Below, in pieces: positions 13,859 to 26,426 of a DNA stretch of 64,000 nt (position 1 is its first letter; the number at the start of each line of letters is the position of its first letter). Source of the stretch: the human T2T-CHM13v2.0 reference genome, Homo sapiens. Where the stretch lies: NCBI RefSeq assembly GCF_009914755.1, contig NC_060925.1; one strand, 5' to 3'. The position numbers and the translations under genes were made by a program. Below the pieces are notes generated by a model. The model was given only the letters and a program-made list of their open reading frames with translations, had not been told where the DNA came from and searched no databases.

Positions 13859-15716
13859 AGCATGCTCTCTGGACACAGACAAACAGAGGCCAAATCCCAG
13901 CTTTGCTGCTGTGTGACTCTGAGCAGGTGACTTAACCTCTCTGAACTTCAACTTCCCTGCTCTTTCCCTCCATCTCTGCTTCAGACCCTGCATCTTGGGC
14001 TTTCTGTCAGACACAGTCTTCCCATGTCTAGTTTCTCTCTCCTCAGCCTCTCTCAGCCTTGGTGCTCCCCCACCCCAAACCCCTTGGAGTCCCATTAATT
14101 TTGAGAGGCTGTCTGTATGGGTTGCCGCCTGGCCCAGTCCTGGGGCTCGGAGAGCTGTGTAATTATCCACTTGGAGCTGAGGGGAAGCGATAACCAGTTC
14201 TCCCTCCCTTCTTCCCTGCCTGCCTCGCTATTCCGTTTCGCTCAAACATCCCCAGGGAAGCCGATTACGGAGGGGCCCGCTGGGTGAGGAGGGTGGGATC
14301 CTCATTACCTTGTGGAAGGTCAGAGAGACTGAATGGCGGGGGCATCCCTCCAACCTCCACCAAGCACTAAGGCCACAGTTGGTCTGGACACCCCAGGCCT
14401 GGCCCCTTTTGTCTGTCCTGGGCATCACGGCTTACTCTCTGGATCATTATCTCCAGCTAGGAGCGTCCTCCCGTGCTCCAGACTTGTTCAGCCAACTCTC
14501 CCCAGACATCTCCCTCCAACTGAACACCTCCAAACTGGATGCGCCATCTCCCCCTCCCAGACCTGCTTCCCCCAACCTCTCTCTCCTCCCCTTTCCTGCC
14601 CCTCCCCAACCCTGATCTCCTGAAGCGCCACCCACTGAGGCTGTCCAGCAAGGCACCTGAACAGCATTTCCATCTCCTCCCTTTGCCTCATTCCCCTTGG
14701 CTAATCAGACACCAGGTCCCCAAAATATCTCCAGCCACAATCCTCTATTCCTCAGACCACCAGGCCCAGGCTCCAGGTGCTAAAAGTGACCTGGGAGTGG
14801 ACCCCTTCACCTGGACACCCTGAGGTCCCTTCACACTGGCAATGGCCTGGTCTGACAACGTCATCTCCCCACCCTCAAGTTCTCCTGCCTCTACCTGTGG
14901 CACCCCCACCCTTCCTAATCACTGATACCAAACCTGTCTCCCTCCTCACTCTCCTCCCACAGACAGCCAGACAGTCTCCATACTGTGGTAAGAGAATAGA
15001 CTCTGGGGTCAACAAGAACTGAGCCACAACCCCAGCTCCATCAATCCCTAACTATGTGGTCTGGAGCAAATCACGTTATCTCTGACTCTCAGTTTTATCA
15101 TCTATAAAATGGAACTAAGTGGGCTTTGCAGGGCTATTGGGAAGATGAGTTGACAGTGTCCAGGATTACCATCCTAATGACTACAAGGTAGGGCCAGCTG
15201 CTTGTCAACTCCAGCTCTTGATGCTACAGGGAATATAGACCCCATGCTGCCAGATCCTCTAGAACTTCCCCCAAAATATGTTTTCATATGGAACCTCCAG
15301 ATTTTGATATGTTGGTAATTAATTGAAATGTTTCTTTAGAACCGTGAAGGCCAAACAAAACATTTGCCTCCAGGTCACCAGTTTGCACTCTCTGATGTAT
15401 GTGAGGAGTTGGGCCCAGTGAATGCTACATAACAGAGAGTCAATAAACATTAATTCCCTTCCCTTCTCTGCCCTTCTTATTGATTCTCTCAAAAGAAAAA
15501 AAAATCTCCCCAAGCCATTCCTCCCATTCCACTCCCATCATCTTCATCTTCATGCAGCTTTCACTAGCTCTGTGCATCCACAGATCCAGGCAGGGCTCTG
15601 AGCACCTCACCCAAGATGCCCTGCCTTCCCTGGCATCCTCCCTGGCACCCTCCCTGGCTCACAGGCAGAACAAAGCTCTTTGCTTGGGTCTGACACTTCA
15701 TAGTTGACAGAGATCT

Positions 15717-16116
15717 TGCTATGGTCCGAATGTGTCCCCCAAAATTCATATGTTGGAAACTTCATCCCTGATGTATTGGGGGGTGGGGCCCTTGGGGAGG
15801 TGTTTAGGTAATGAGGGCTTCACCCTCATGAATGGATTAATGACATTATAAAGTGGCTTAATAGAAGAAGTTTGACCGTTTTGGCCCTTCTGCCTCTGCC
15901 ACGTGAGGACACAGCATTCCTCCTCTCTGAAGGACACAGTGTTTGAGGCACCATCTTGGGAGCAGAGGCCACATCCTCACTAGATGCCAGGAGGCATCTA
16001 GAGTCCTTTGTCCTGGACTTCCCAGCCTACAGAACTGTGAGAAAATAAATATCTATTCTTTATAAATTACCCAGTCGGTGGTGGTCTGTCGCAGCAGCAT
16101 GAAACAGGCCAAGACA
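15717..16116 (+). mobile_element. MaLR solo LTR (MST-type)
   Basis: tgctatggt...cccccaaaattcatatgttggaa...agaactgtgagaaaataaat...aagaca. Confidence 0.85.
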
Positions 16117-18313
16117 GCCCTCTCCCTCTCATTTTCTCATCCATGCAACAGCCCTACGAGCTACTAATTATCACCCCCAACACACAAGTAAGGGAAACAG
16201 GGTCCAGAGGGTACAAGTCAGTCAACAAATATTTGTTGAACACCTACTATGCACCAGGCACTATTAAATGGCAAATCCAAGGTTACAGAGAGTATATTTG
16301 GCTGCAAATGACAGATACCTAAATTAAACAGGCTAAAACAAAAGGATAATGCAGTGGTTTATGTGCATGCAGGAAAGAAAACATTATGGCTGGGCTCCAA
16401 AGATAGATCAAGCCAGGGATTCCAGTGCCTTCCAAGCACTCGCTTGCTTATCTTTTGTTTCTGCTTCCCTTTCTGCATCAGAATCATTGTCTCACTCAGC
16501 AAAGCAGCTTTGTCAAACAGCAGGCTGCCAGCAATTCCGGAGCCTCACTTCTCACTATGTCTATCATCAGATGGACACTCTCCCTATCCAATGTTCAAAA
16601 GTCCCAGGGAAGACCCCTTGGTAGATGAGCGTGGGTTAAGTTGTCACACTGGACCAATCAACTGAGCAAGATAAGTATGACTGATTAGCTCAACTGGGGG
16701 CCAGTCCCACCTCTGAGCCAATCAACACTCAATGAGCGAAGATGCGGCTGGTTAGAGTGAAGATAGGCGAATTCCCCAGGAAATGAGATCGCTTCTCTGT
16801 TCAAACAAGAGATGTCTTAGTTTGGGCTCTCCCAAAAGCCAAGCCTGAGACAGGATTTGCATGCAAGTTGTTTATTTGGGAGGCCATCCGAGGAAACATC
16901 AGCATGGGAATGGGCAGTGAGTCAGAGAAGGGAAGAAAGCTAATGAAGGGTGTTTAATTGAGTGAGTTACCTCCATGGGCAACGGAGCTTAATCCTGCTG
17001 GGGACTGCTGGGAAACAGTAGAAAACGACTTCACAGTCATCTCAATCAAAGGCTGAGGAGGCTGGAGAATTTATACCCTAACTTCTATCAGTCACTGGTT
17101 GAGGGCTTTTCCCAGTGGGGCATCAGTTCACTAGCACTTCCAGCCTACCTCATATGTAGGCAGAGGCCCAGAAGCCCAGAGAGCCCCAGGCAGAGTGGCA
17201 GGTGCTGGCCATTGGACACTGGTCCTGCCTGCTGTAAATCATTGTGCTGTACTAGGTCCTCTTAACCACCGAAAAGGAGTATGCCAAGAGGATCTGGGGC
17301 AGATACTGATAGCACCTGCTACGTGTACTGACCACTTGATGGAACCAGATTTAAAATGCAGAGCTGTCTGGTTACTTTCAGTAAGTCCTGTGGTGCCCAC
17401 ACTGGACCATGACTCAGCAGAGATTCTGAGCATCCAGGCAAGAGCCCAACAGGAAGGTCCTTGGCCTTGGAACTCTTGTTAGCAAGGGGAAATGTGGCAG
17501 CCAGTGGCCAAAGCTTCAAGAACTGCTCATGAGCCCTCAATCCTCTAAAAGAGAGGCCCCAAATGGAACTGAGACAACCCGCCCAGAGACGGCAAAACAC
17601 TGTGTTATTGAGACCAATGATTCAGCTTTAGTGTGGGCCGGGCTGGAGGGACGAGGATACCTAGAAGCATTGGGCCCCAGTCTCAGGAATGGTGAGCCTC
17701 TCCATGACCCAGCTCATGCAGAGCCTCAGAAATCGTAGGGAGAGACCAAGGGGCACATCCCAGTTTCAGCCTCCTCGGACTGAGCTTGGAAGCATGGGTA
17801 GAGCTGGTGGAGTAGGTCTAGAGGCCTAGGAAAGGAGGCACATCATAGGGGAAGAGCATGACCATTCGTCCCAGAGGAAAAGCAAATGTCCACCCAACAG
17901 GTCAGAGAGCAACAGCCCACAGAGTGGAAGAAAATGAATGTGTGAGACATGCCAGCTGTAAATCACCATGTTTATATACATCCTCTCAAGCACTCCTCAC
18001 AACAGCACCACCCGACCCCTTCCACATTCGAAAGAAAGGAAACTAAGGCTCAGAGAGAAAAAATGAGTTGACCAAGGCCACATAGTTAGGGAGCAGAAAT
18101 GGGGTTTGAGCCCAGGTCTGTGTGGATTCTGCCCATCACACAACTCTTTCCCTGTTTTCCAGGTTTGCCTGTTCTCTGTCATGCCCACCTTCCACCCTTC
18201 CCACCTCCAGCTCCCTCCTGGATTTCCAGCATCCCCTGAGTCCCATCCCTCAGTAAAAGAACAGCCATGAAGCCTCCATTGAAACCTCTCACTTGATAAT
18301 AAGCCCACTTTCA

Positions 18314-18453
18314 TGATAACAAACCCACTCCCATGATAACGATGTTAATCCAACTAACCTAATTACCTCTTAAAGTCCCACCTCCCAACACTGTTGCATT
18401 GGGGGTTAAGTTTCAATACATGAGAGCATTGGGGGACACATTCCAAGCATAGC
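18314..18453 (-). mobile_element. MST-type LTR fragment
   Basis: cccacctcccaacactgttgcattggggg...acattccaagcatagca is the reverse of an MST LTR 5' end. Confidence 0.7.
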
Positions 18454-18858
18454 AGGGGGAGTGAGTGGGAAAAGTGGTGCATAGGTTCATCACAGATGTG
18501 TTTGGAGTTAATGAGTTCAGTGCTACGTGTGCTGAGTAAGAGCCACATGAACTATCCAGGGTCACGAGGTGGCAGCAATAGTTGGAGTCCTCAGCCCCAA
18601 GCTGGTGGTAGGAGCCACAGCCTGTGGAGAGTGCACTGAGAGAAGAGAATCCAGGAGAGCTCTGGAGAGTGCTGGCATTTTAGGAAGCAGGCAGAGGGTT
18701 ACTGGCAGAGGAGAAAGCTCCAGGCCTCAATTTAAATCTTACACTTTCAGAAAGGCTTTCCCTGCTTCCTGAAACTAGGTCTGGTTCTCCATTATACATT
18801 TTCTTGGCACTGTGCTTCTCCTTTGTGACTCTATCACAATTGCATTTTTAGAGTTATT

Positions 18859-18859
<1 letters not shown>

Positions 18860-18901
<42 letters not shown>
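18860..18901. repeat. (TG)n microsatellite, about 20 units
   Basis: Directly visible. Confidence 0.97.
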
Positions 18902-18903
<2 letters not shown>

Positions 18904-19548
18904 AATGTCTTATTTCCTCCTTTGACTGTAATCTTCAAGAGGACCAGGCCCAGAGGTTGAACCATGAGAACCATGCTTACTGATTTATTTCCACTATCAG
19001 GCGCAACACGTGGCACATAGTAGGTGCTTAATGAATATTTGACGATGAGTAAATGATTCTGTTTATCAAGCATAAAGGAGCCGACAGTGTTGCCAAATCC
19101 TTGGGTATGAAGATGTTGAAGCATTACGGTGTTAAAAGCACTGGCTCTGGAGCTCAGCTACCTGAATTCCACCCCCAGCTCTCCTGATTACTGATTGTGC
19201 AAGCCCAGGCAAGTTTCTTAGCCTCTCTGGGCCTCAGTTTTCCCATCTGGAACATGGAGCCATTGGAGTTCCTACCTCATAGGGTTATTTCTATCAGTGG
19301 CCCAATCACCTATCAAATCACCAAAACCAGTGACCTATGAACCATCCTAGGTCAGCCTCCTGCCTCACATCCTACATCCAGTCAGTCCCCCAAGTCAGTC
19401 CCCCAAAGCTGCCAGCTGTATTTACCAGCTATTTCCCAAATCCAACCCTCTTGCTCATTTCTTGCCTAAATCATTGCAGTAACTTTCATACCGGTCTCAC
19501 AAGCCCCTCCAGCCTCTTTTCTCAAACAGAGGAAGCTTTCTAAACATA

Positions 19549-20188
19549 CAGTTGATCTTCATTATTCACAGATTCCGTATTGTGCATTCTCCAGCTCACC
19601 ACAATTTATTCCTAAGCCAAAATCTACACTTAAGACACTTTCATGGCCATTTATAACATGCACAGAGTGGCAAAAATTTGAGTCTCCCAATGCACGTGTT
19701 CCCAGCTGTGGCTGAACAAGGTGACATTCTGCCTTCCCCTTTCAGCTCTAATGCTATAAACATGTTCTATTGGAGGTCTACTTGGTGCCATGTTTTTCTC
19801 ATTTCTTGCTTTTTGCTGGGGATTTGCTGTTTGAAATGGCCCCGAGTACAGTGCTGAAGTGCCATCTAGTGTTTCTAAGCACACGAAGGCTACGATGAGC
19901 CTTATGGAAAAAATATGTGTGTTAGACAAGCTTCATTCAGTCATGAGTTATAGTGGTGTTGGCTATGAGTCCAATATTAATGAGTCAACAATATATATTA
20001 AACAAGGTGTCTTCAGAAACACACATAAAACAGACTTCTGTATTGATCAGTTGATAACCACATTGTAAACAGAAGCTTGCAGGAACCTAACCTCATATGT
20101 CCTCTAGGAAGAATGCTTCAATATTCACTAACTTGGTGCTCATGGTGACTCATAGACTATAACTACCTTGAATAATGAGAATCAAATG
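19549..20188 (+). mobile_element. Complete non-autonomous TcMar-Tigger element (MER82-like)
   Basis: TA|cagttgatcttcattattc ... gaataatgagaatcaaatg|TA: terminal inverted repeats and TA target duplication. Confidence 0.8.
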
Positions 20189-21629
20189 TACCAATCTGAC
20201 CATGTCTCTTCCTTTTTCCTGCCTCAGCACAATACAAAATGTAAAAATAGAAAAAAGAAAAGAATTCCCTCATGCCTCCCTCTGCACCCAAGATAAATTC
20301 AAACTCCTTAGCATGACATTCCAGGTCCTTCATGGTCTGGAAGGTCTTTGCTGACCTTCCAGGCTCCTTGCCATGTGGTGTCCCCACCACTACCCAGCCC
20401 ACTCTCCAATGCTCTTCCATTATTTTTCACAAAGGTCCTCTGCACGCTATGTGCCCACTGCCTCAAAGGCCCCTCCTCAGCATCTCTTCTTGGTAAACTC
20501 CTATACATCCTTCAAGACCCAGCTTAAATGTTACCTTCTCCGGCTCTCCCTCTGGCAGAACTTAAAACTCCCTTCTCTCTCTGTGTCTTTTCTAGGACTT
20601 CTCACAATGTTGTAACTGATCTCTTTATATGCCTCCTCTCTCCTGTACTTGGCAACAGCTTTTTGGAAAGAGCATGGAGTATAGAAATGTGTGACTCTCT
20701 GCAGGGTGTGTGCATTTCACACATCATTCATTCAATAAATATAAATTGAAGCCTAACTGGACAAGACACCAGGCACCATACTAGGCACAAGGGATAGAGC
20801 AGTGAATAAAATAAAGCCACTGCTGCATGTGTGTGCAACACTGTGCCCATAATTGTGGCCTGTGTGTAAGAGTATGCTCATGTGAAGCTACATTGTGTTT
20901 GCTTGTGGACATGAGGTGTTTGTGGCTCCTGGATGCTTTGTCTGTTGAATCCTGACCCCAAGTGACCTGCTGATACAGGGCACCTTGGAAGTCAATTAGG
21001 CCAAAAGACCGTGTCTGTGCACTAATGAGAAGCTTTCCCCAGGTGCCCCTGCCCACCTTCTCCACCTCTCCTGTGGTTCCTGCCTGGCTTGGGTTTGGCC
21101 TTTTTAACCCAAAGACAACATGCATCCAAATGAGATTTTCTCTAGTGCATACGTCTCTCTCTCCCTCCCTTCTCCTCTGCCTTCCCTGTATCTCAGAAAG
21201 AAAAGGCCTAGGAATAAGGAAAAGGAGGAGGAAGAAACATTTTTTTGAGGACATACCATGCGGCAGGCCTGTGCTGGGCAGTATACACGCATTATAGGCA
21301 ATTGTAGACAGGGCTTCCCTTGTGTCAGGCACTGTTCTAAGCACTTCACCCCTAAGGCTGGGTTAATCCACGTATCCACCCTATGAGGTAGGTGTTGTTC
21401 TTTTCCCACTTTCACAGAGAAGGCAAGAAATCACACAGTGAGAAAGTGGCAGAGCTGGGATTCAGGCCTCAGCTTCTCCCACACAAGCCCACAGATGGGA
21501 GGATGAACAAGGAGTCAGAGTGGACCTGTGGCTCTCCCCTGAGAGGATACCAGGATTCGAGGCTCAGCGCCCTGGGAGGAGTGAACCCCTCAGTTTCCTG
21601 AGCCTCATCAGAAGCAGTCTGGGGAGGCT

Positions 21630-21833
21630 GGGGCCCAGCCAATGGCAGTGCAGGTCCCAGCTCCTCCTCCTCCCAGGCTGGGCCAGCACACCCGGCAGGC
21701 TCTGTCCTGGAAACAGGCTTCAACGGGCTTCCCCGAAAACCTTCCCCGCTTCTGGATATGAAATTCAAGCTGCTTGCTGAGTCCTATTGCCGGCTGCTGG
21801 GAGCCAGGAGAGCCCTGAGGAGTAGTCACTCAG
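21630..21833 (+). promoter_or_regulatory. GJB5: GJB5 proximal promoter and non-coding exon 1, ending at donor CAG|GTAAGG (intron 21834-23944)
   Basis: CCAAT at 21639-21643, TATA-like TATGAAA at 21757-21763, strong donor at 21833/21834; acceptor ttcttgtttccctgcag ends at 23944, 24 nt before the ATG. TSS not determinable from sequence. Confidence 0.75.
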
Positions 21834-22419
21834 GTAAGGGCATCTGTGTCCGCATGTGCCCTGCCCCTTGGCATACGTGGCAGGAGGACACTTCTCTGCT
21901 GGGGAGTGGTGGGATGTGGCCTGGACACATCTGCCACCCTGGGTCCTGATGGTGGAGGAATAAGGGGCTCTGGGTTCTTTCAGGTCTCCCCAGCCGGGCA
22001 AAGGTAGGAGCAGGGGCCAGGCCGGAAGCTCAGCAGGCAGGGTAGCTCTGCCTGGGCCTGCAAAGCCCTGCCCCACTCCTCCCCAAGTAGGGATGGGCTG
22101 GGTGAGAGCCCCTGGGGCTAAGGGCGGGGCCTTCCTGGGTGTTCCCTGAGAAGCTGCAGGAGTCCTACCTTAGACAGGACTGAGCATGCAAGATGGTGAT
22201 TCAAAACAGAGCTCCCCCCAACCCCGGCCCCCACCTCCACCCATCCCCCGTCCAAGTGGCGCAGGTGGTGTGGAGACAGGGTGGTGGGCAAAGGTTCCCC
22301 CAGCCACCCTCATCCAGGATCCACACACAAGGGGAAGGACAGAATCCGTCTGCACACAAACAGGCAGGCAGCTCATTGAAACTTGAGGAAAGGGTCTGAG
22401 GCCTAAGGCTGGGCAGTTC

Positions 22420-22665
22420 CCGGAGGGTGGGCTCTAGAGCCAGCCTGCCTGGGTTCAAATCCTAGCTCTGCCACTTATTAGCTGTGTGACGTTGAGCAAG
22501 TTAATTAATCCCTCTGTGTTCCTCTTTCCTCATCTGTAAATTGGGAATAAAAAATATGCCCTTTCCTAAGGTTGCTGTGAAGGAATAATGTACTGATTCA
22601 TACAAAGAACTTAGAGCGGTGCCTGGCACGGCATGAATGCTTCATGGATATTGGCTGTTATCACT
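22420..22665 (+). mobile_element. MIR in the GJB5 intron
   Basis: cctgggttcaaatcctagctctgccacttattagctgtgtgac...tttcctcatctgtaaa. Confidence 0.85.
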
Positions 22666-23697
22666 ACTCTGCTTTGCAGTTGATCATGCAGAGGCTCCAG
22701 AGAGCCTGGTGAGCTTCAGCCTGGACCAGCATGGGAAGGCCATCATGAGCCCTTTAGTGGCTAGGCAGACAGGTTCCTTGGGGTCCCAGGGTGCACAGTT
22801 GGTTGAAACCACAGTGCATGGGTCTTAATGGACACACCCCCATCTCCAGGAATCAGGCAGAGGACTCGCGGGTGAGGAAGTGGGGACCCCTTACTCTGCC
22901 TAGCAGTCACAGTCCTTACGCGGAGGTGAATCTGATTCTGTGAGTTCATCAGGCCAAATTCACCAGCAGAACTGACAGGAGCAGCATTTCCCACTTGATG
23001 TCTTGACAAGGCTGTTCCACAAGATGATAAATGTTATGTCAGGAGGAAAAGGGCTTCTGTGGGCAAATGAGTTTGGGCAATGCCACATATTTCATACCTC
23101 TTTTGGTGAATTTATTAGTGAGTTTATTAGCACGGTTGAGCAAAAGAACCCTATTTAACTTTACTAAACCCAATGTTTGCCAACTTTTCTTGACACAGAA
23201 TCCTCTTCTCTCACTTCTCCTATTGCCAACCTATGGGACAGGGTTCCAGGGAACACTGTTTGGGAAACACTGGAATACCAGGTTACTCTAGGAAACCTAC
23301 TGTATGAAGAGAATTTATTGCTGCCTGCTTTAGCTTTCAGCTGGATTGCATTGAGTGGCACTTGAGCAGGACTCTGCCTGGCTAATTACAGAGTGTTAGA
23401 CCAGATGGGGGCTTGGGGACAAGGTTCCAGCCTCCTTTCCAGTCCCATCCCTGAGCCAAGAAAAGGACAAAGAGCAGGTTCCCCTGGGGAAGGGGCTGTC
23501 TGAGAAGAGGCAGCAGTGCTCAGAAAGGAGAGAACCATCTCAAGGCTCAGCCCCCCTGAGGAGGAGGGCCAGGGTTGAAACAGAGGGAGCAGGCAGAATG
23601 TCCCAGCTCCACCAGTCTTCACTCTGCAGAACCTCAAGACCAGAGCCTCAGGCCCGGGGAGGAATGAGTGGCTCCCTGGACCTGCCCTTATCCACTG

Positions 23698-23915
23698 GTA
23701 TTGGTAAGAGCTGGGTTCTGGACTTAATTACCTATGCTCAAATCCCAGCCCTGCACCTAATAGTTGTGTAACCTTGTATATAATGCCACTAAACCTCAGC
23801 TCCCTCCCTCTACAAAATGGGGACAGTAGTAGAACCCAGCTCCTCTAGTGATGGTAAGGATGAAATGTGATGACATATTTCTACAAAGTGCTCAGAGCAA
23901 GTCTGTGATAAATGT
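23698..23915 (+). mobile_element. Old MIR ending just upstream of the GJB5 acceptor
   Basis: ctcaaatcccagccctgcac...tgtgtaacctt...ctacaaaatggggacagtag...aagtgctcag. Confidence 0.7.
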
Positions 23916-23968
23916 AGGAAATGATTGTTCTTGTTTCCCTGCAGTAGCAGCTGACGCGTGGGTCCACC

Positions 23969-24790
23969 ATGAACTGGAGTATCTTTGAGGGACTCCTGAG
24001 TGGGGTCAACAAGTACTCCACAGCCTTTGGGCGCATCTGGCTGTCTCTGGTCTTCATCTTCCGCGTGCTGGTGTACCTGGTGACGGCCGAGCGTGTGTGG
24101 AGTGATGACCACAAGGACTTCGACTGCAATACTCGCCAGCCCGGCTGCTCCAACGTCTGCTTTGATGAGTTCTTCCCTGTGTCCCATGTGCGCCTCTGGG
24201 CCCTGCAGCTTATCCTGGTGACATGCCCCTCACTGCTCGTGGTCATGCACGTGGCCTACCGGGAGGTTCAGGAGAAGAGGCACCGAGAAGCCCATGGGGA
24301 GAACAGTGGGCGCCTCTACCTGAACCCCGGCAAGAAGCGGGGTGGGCTCTGGTGGACATATGTCTGCAGCCTAGTGTTCAAGGCGAGCGTGGACATCGCC
24401 TTTCTCTATGTGTTCCACTCATTCTACCCCAAATATATCCTCCCTCCTGTGGTCAAGTGCCACGCAGATCCATGTCCCAATATAGTGGACTGCTTCATCT
24501 CCAAGCCCTCAGAGAAGAACATTTTCACCCTCTTCATGGTGGCCACAGCTGCCATCTGCATCCTGCTCAACCTCGTGGAGCTCATCTACCTGGTGAGCAA
24601 GAGATGCCACGAGTGCCTGGCAGCAAGGAAAGCTCAAGCCATGTGCACAGGTCATCACCCCCACGGTACCACCTCTTCCTGCAAACAAGACGACCTCCTT
24701 TCGGGTGACCTCATCTTTCTGGGCTCAGACAGTCATCCTCCTCTCTTACCAGACCGCCCCCGAGACCATGTGAAGAAAACCATCTTGTGA
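23969..24790 (+). CDS. GJB5: Gap junction beta-5 protein (connexin 31.1), 273 aa, single coding exon
   Basis: [29 protein letters not shown]... with four TM segments and the connexin extracellular cysteine patterns [12 protein letters not shown] and [12 protein letters not shown]; Kozak CCACCATGA; C-terminus RDHVKKTIL matches human Cx31.1. Confidence 0.98.
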   Translation: MNWSIFEGLLSGVNKYSTAFGRIWLSLVFIFRVLVYLVTAERVWSDDHKDFDCNTRQPGCSNVCFDEFFPVSHVRLWALQLILVTCPSLLVVMHVAYREVQEKRHREAHGENSGRLYLNPGKKRGGLWWTYVCSLVFKASVDIAFLYVFHSFYPKYILPPVVKCHADPCPNIVDCFISKPSEKNIFTLFMVATAAICILLNLVELIYLVSKRCHECLAARKAQAMCTGHHPHGTTSSCKQDDLLSGDLIFLGSDSHPPLLPDRPRDHVKKTIL

Positions 24791-25125
24791 GGGGCTGCCT
24801 GGACTGGTCTGGCAGGTTGGGCCTGGATGGGGAGGCTCTAGCATCTCTCATAGGTGCAACCTGAGAGTGGGGGAGCTAAGCCATGAGGTAGGGGCAGGCA
24901 AGAGAGAGGATTCAGACGCTCTGGGAGCCAGTTCCTAGTCCTCAACTCCAGCCACCTGCCCCAGCTCGACGGCACTGGGCCAGTTCCCCCTCTGCTCTGC
25001 AGCTCGGTTTCCTTTTCTAGAATGGAAATAGTGAGGGCCAATGCCCAGGGTTGGAGGGAGGAGGGCGTTCATAGAAGAACACACATGCGGGCACCTTCAT
25101 CGTGTGTGGCCCACTGTCAGAACTT

Positions 25126-25131
25126 AATAAA
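25126..25131 (+). terminator. GJB5: GJB5 polyadenylation signal AATAAA
   Basis: First AATAAA after the stop (about 335 nt downstream), followed by GT-rich sequence. Confidence 0.8.
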
Positions 25132-26279
25132 AGTCAACTCATTTGCTGGTTCCAGGTGCCCTCTGGTTGTGCGGCCTTCGTGACCCTCACACGTTCATGG
25201 TGTCAATCTCTCTGCCCCCGTGAAGAGCTGCACTTGATCCAGCCTGTGAGGGGCATCCTCTCTTCCAGAAAGGGGGCCCCCAGTACTCCAGGGGACGTGC
25301 TACTTGCTCATGCTCCCATCTAGCCTTTATCCCCCATGGCAAGTTTAGTCCTGTGGGTTGTCTGCAGAGAGAATGGAGCTTAGTCCATGTTGCAGTGGGA
25401 AGTTCATGAACTTAGAATGCCTGTGTCGAATCCAAGTTCCACCGGGACTCTGGGAAAGTAACTTAAGCTTCTCTCCAAAATGGGTTAATAATACCTAGCC
25501 TGTGGGGTTGTGCTGAGGACTGATGAGCTCATGGCTGTGGACAGGGCTAGCCAGCTGTAAAAGGACACATAAATGTTAATCATTGGTATTAGGAAGTGCT
25601 TGATAATGCCTGTGAGAAACGAGGCAGAAGGCCCCTCCCTAGCTGCACATTAACCTTCATCATCCCAGCCAGAACACAGGTCCCAGGCCCCCCACCAGCA
25701 TATGTGAGGTCACACTCCAGCCTCCCTGGAGGCCTTCCCCAGGACCCACAGAGGATGGACAGCGATGCTGTGCCTGGCCCTGTGCTAACTGGGGCATTTC
25801 ATGCTGCTGACCTGCATTCCTTGCCTCCACCAAGGCTATGGGTGCCCTGGTCTAGAAAAGTCATAGTTGACCCCTCCCATTTCCTACACAATCCAAGAGC
25901 TTCCAGACTCCAGTCCCAGAAATATCCCACCACCAGAATGGGATGCGTTCCTGCACTAAATTAAGGTTGCCCCTTTCCGTAGATGTCAGCTGCTGAGACC
26001 TCAGTATCAGGCTTCCCAGGAAAAGGGCAGGAGAGAGGGCAAGGAGGCAGGGTAAGGAGGCAATGGGAAGGGGACAGGGTCAATCCCACTGGTGCTGTCC
26101 TAGGCCTAGGCATAATGATATCAGGCTCCTGAACCCCACACAGCAGTCTCACCCACATACCTGCCTGCCTGGGAGCCAGGCTCAGCCATACCCAGCCAGG
26201 CTAGAGAGGAGGCGTGGGCCAGGAGAGAAGAGCCGCAGGTGTTTGCTCTGAGTATGTGCCCGGGGAAGTCCGCCCTCCT

Positions 26280-26426
26280 GCCTGCCCACCCAATCACTCT
26301 CGCTTGGCTCATTGGCCCAGAAAGCCCCACCCAGCAAGGGAGAGAGGAACAAAAGCTGCCTCCGGGAGGTCCTGAGGCAAACAGACAAGCCCAAGGACAA
26401 GGAAGCAGCTACTGGACCCAAGAAGG
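26280..26426 (+). promoter_or_regulatory. GJB4: Probable GJB4 promoter and non-coding exon 1, donor AGG|GTGAGG (intron about 26427-27570)
   Basis: CCAAT 26290-26294 and inverted ATTGG 26311-26315, GC-box-like tccgccc just upstream; donor GT 26427-26428; candidate acceptor taccttgtag ending 27570. Confidence 0.55.

Noticed and set aside
20781-21344. 187-aa minus-strand ORF upstream of GJB5
   Set aside because: Begins and ends in MIR/L2-derived sequence, non-ATG start, no homology or coding-like composition.
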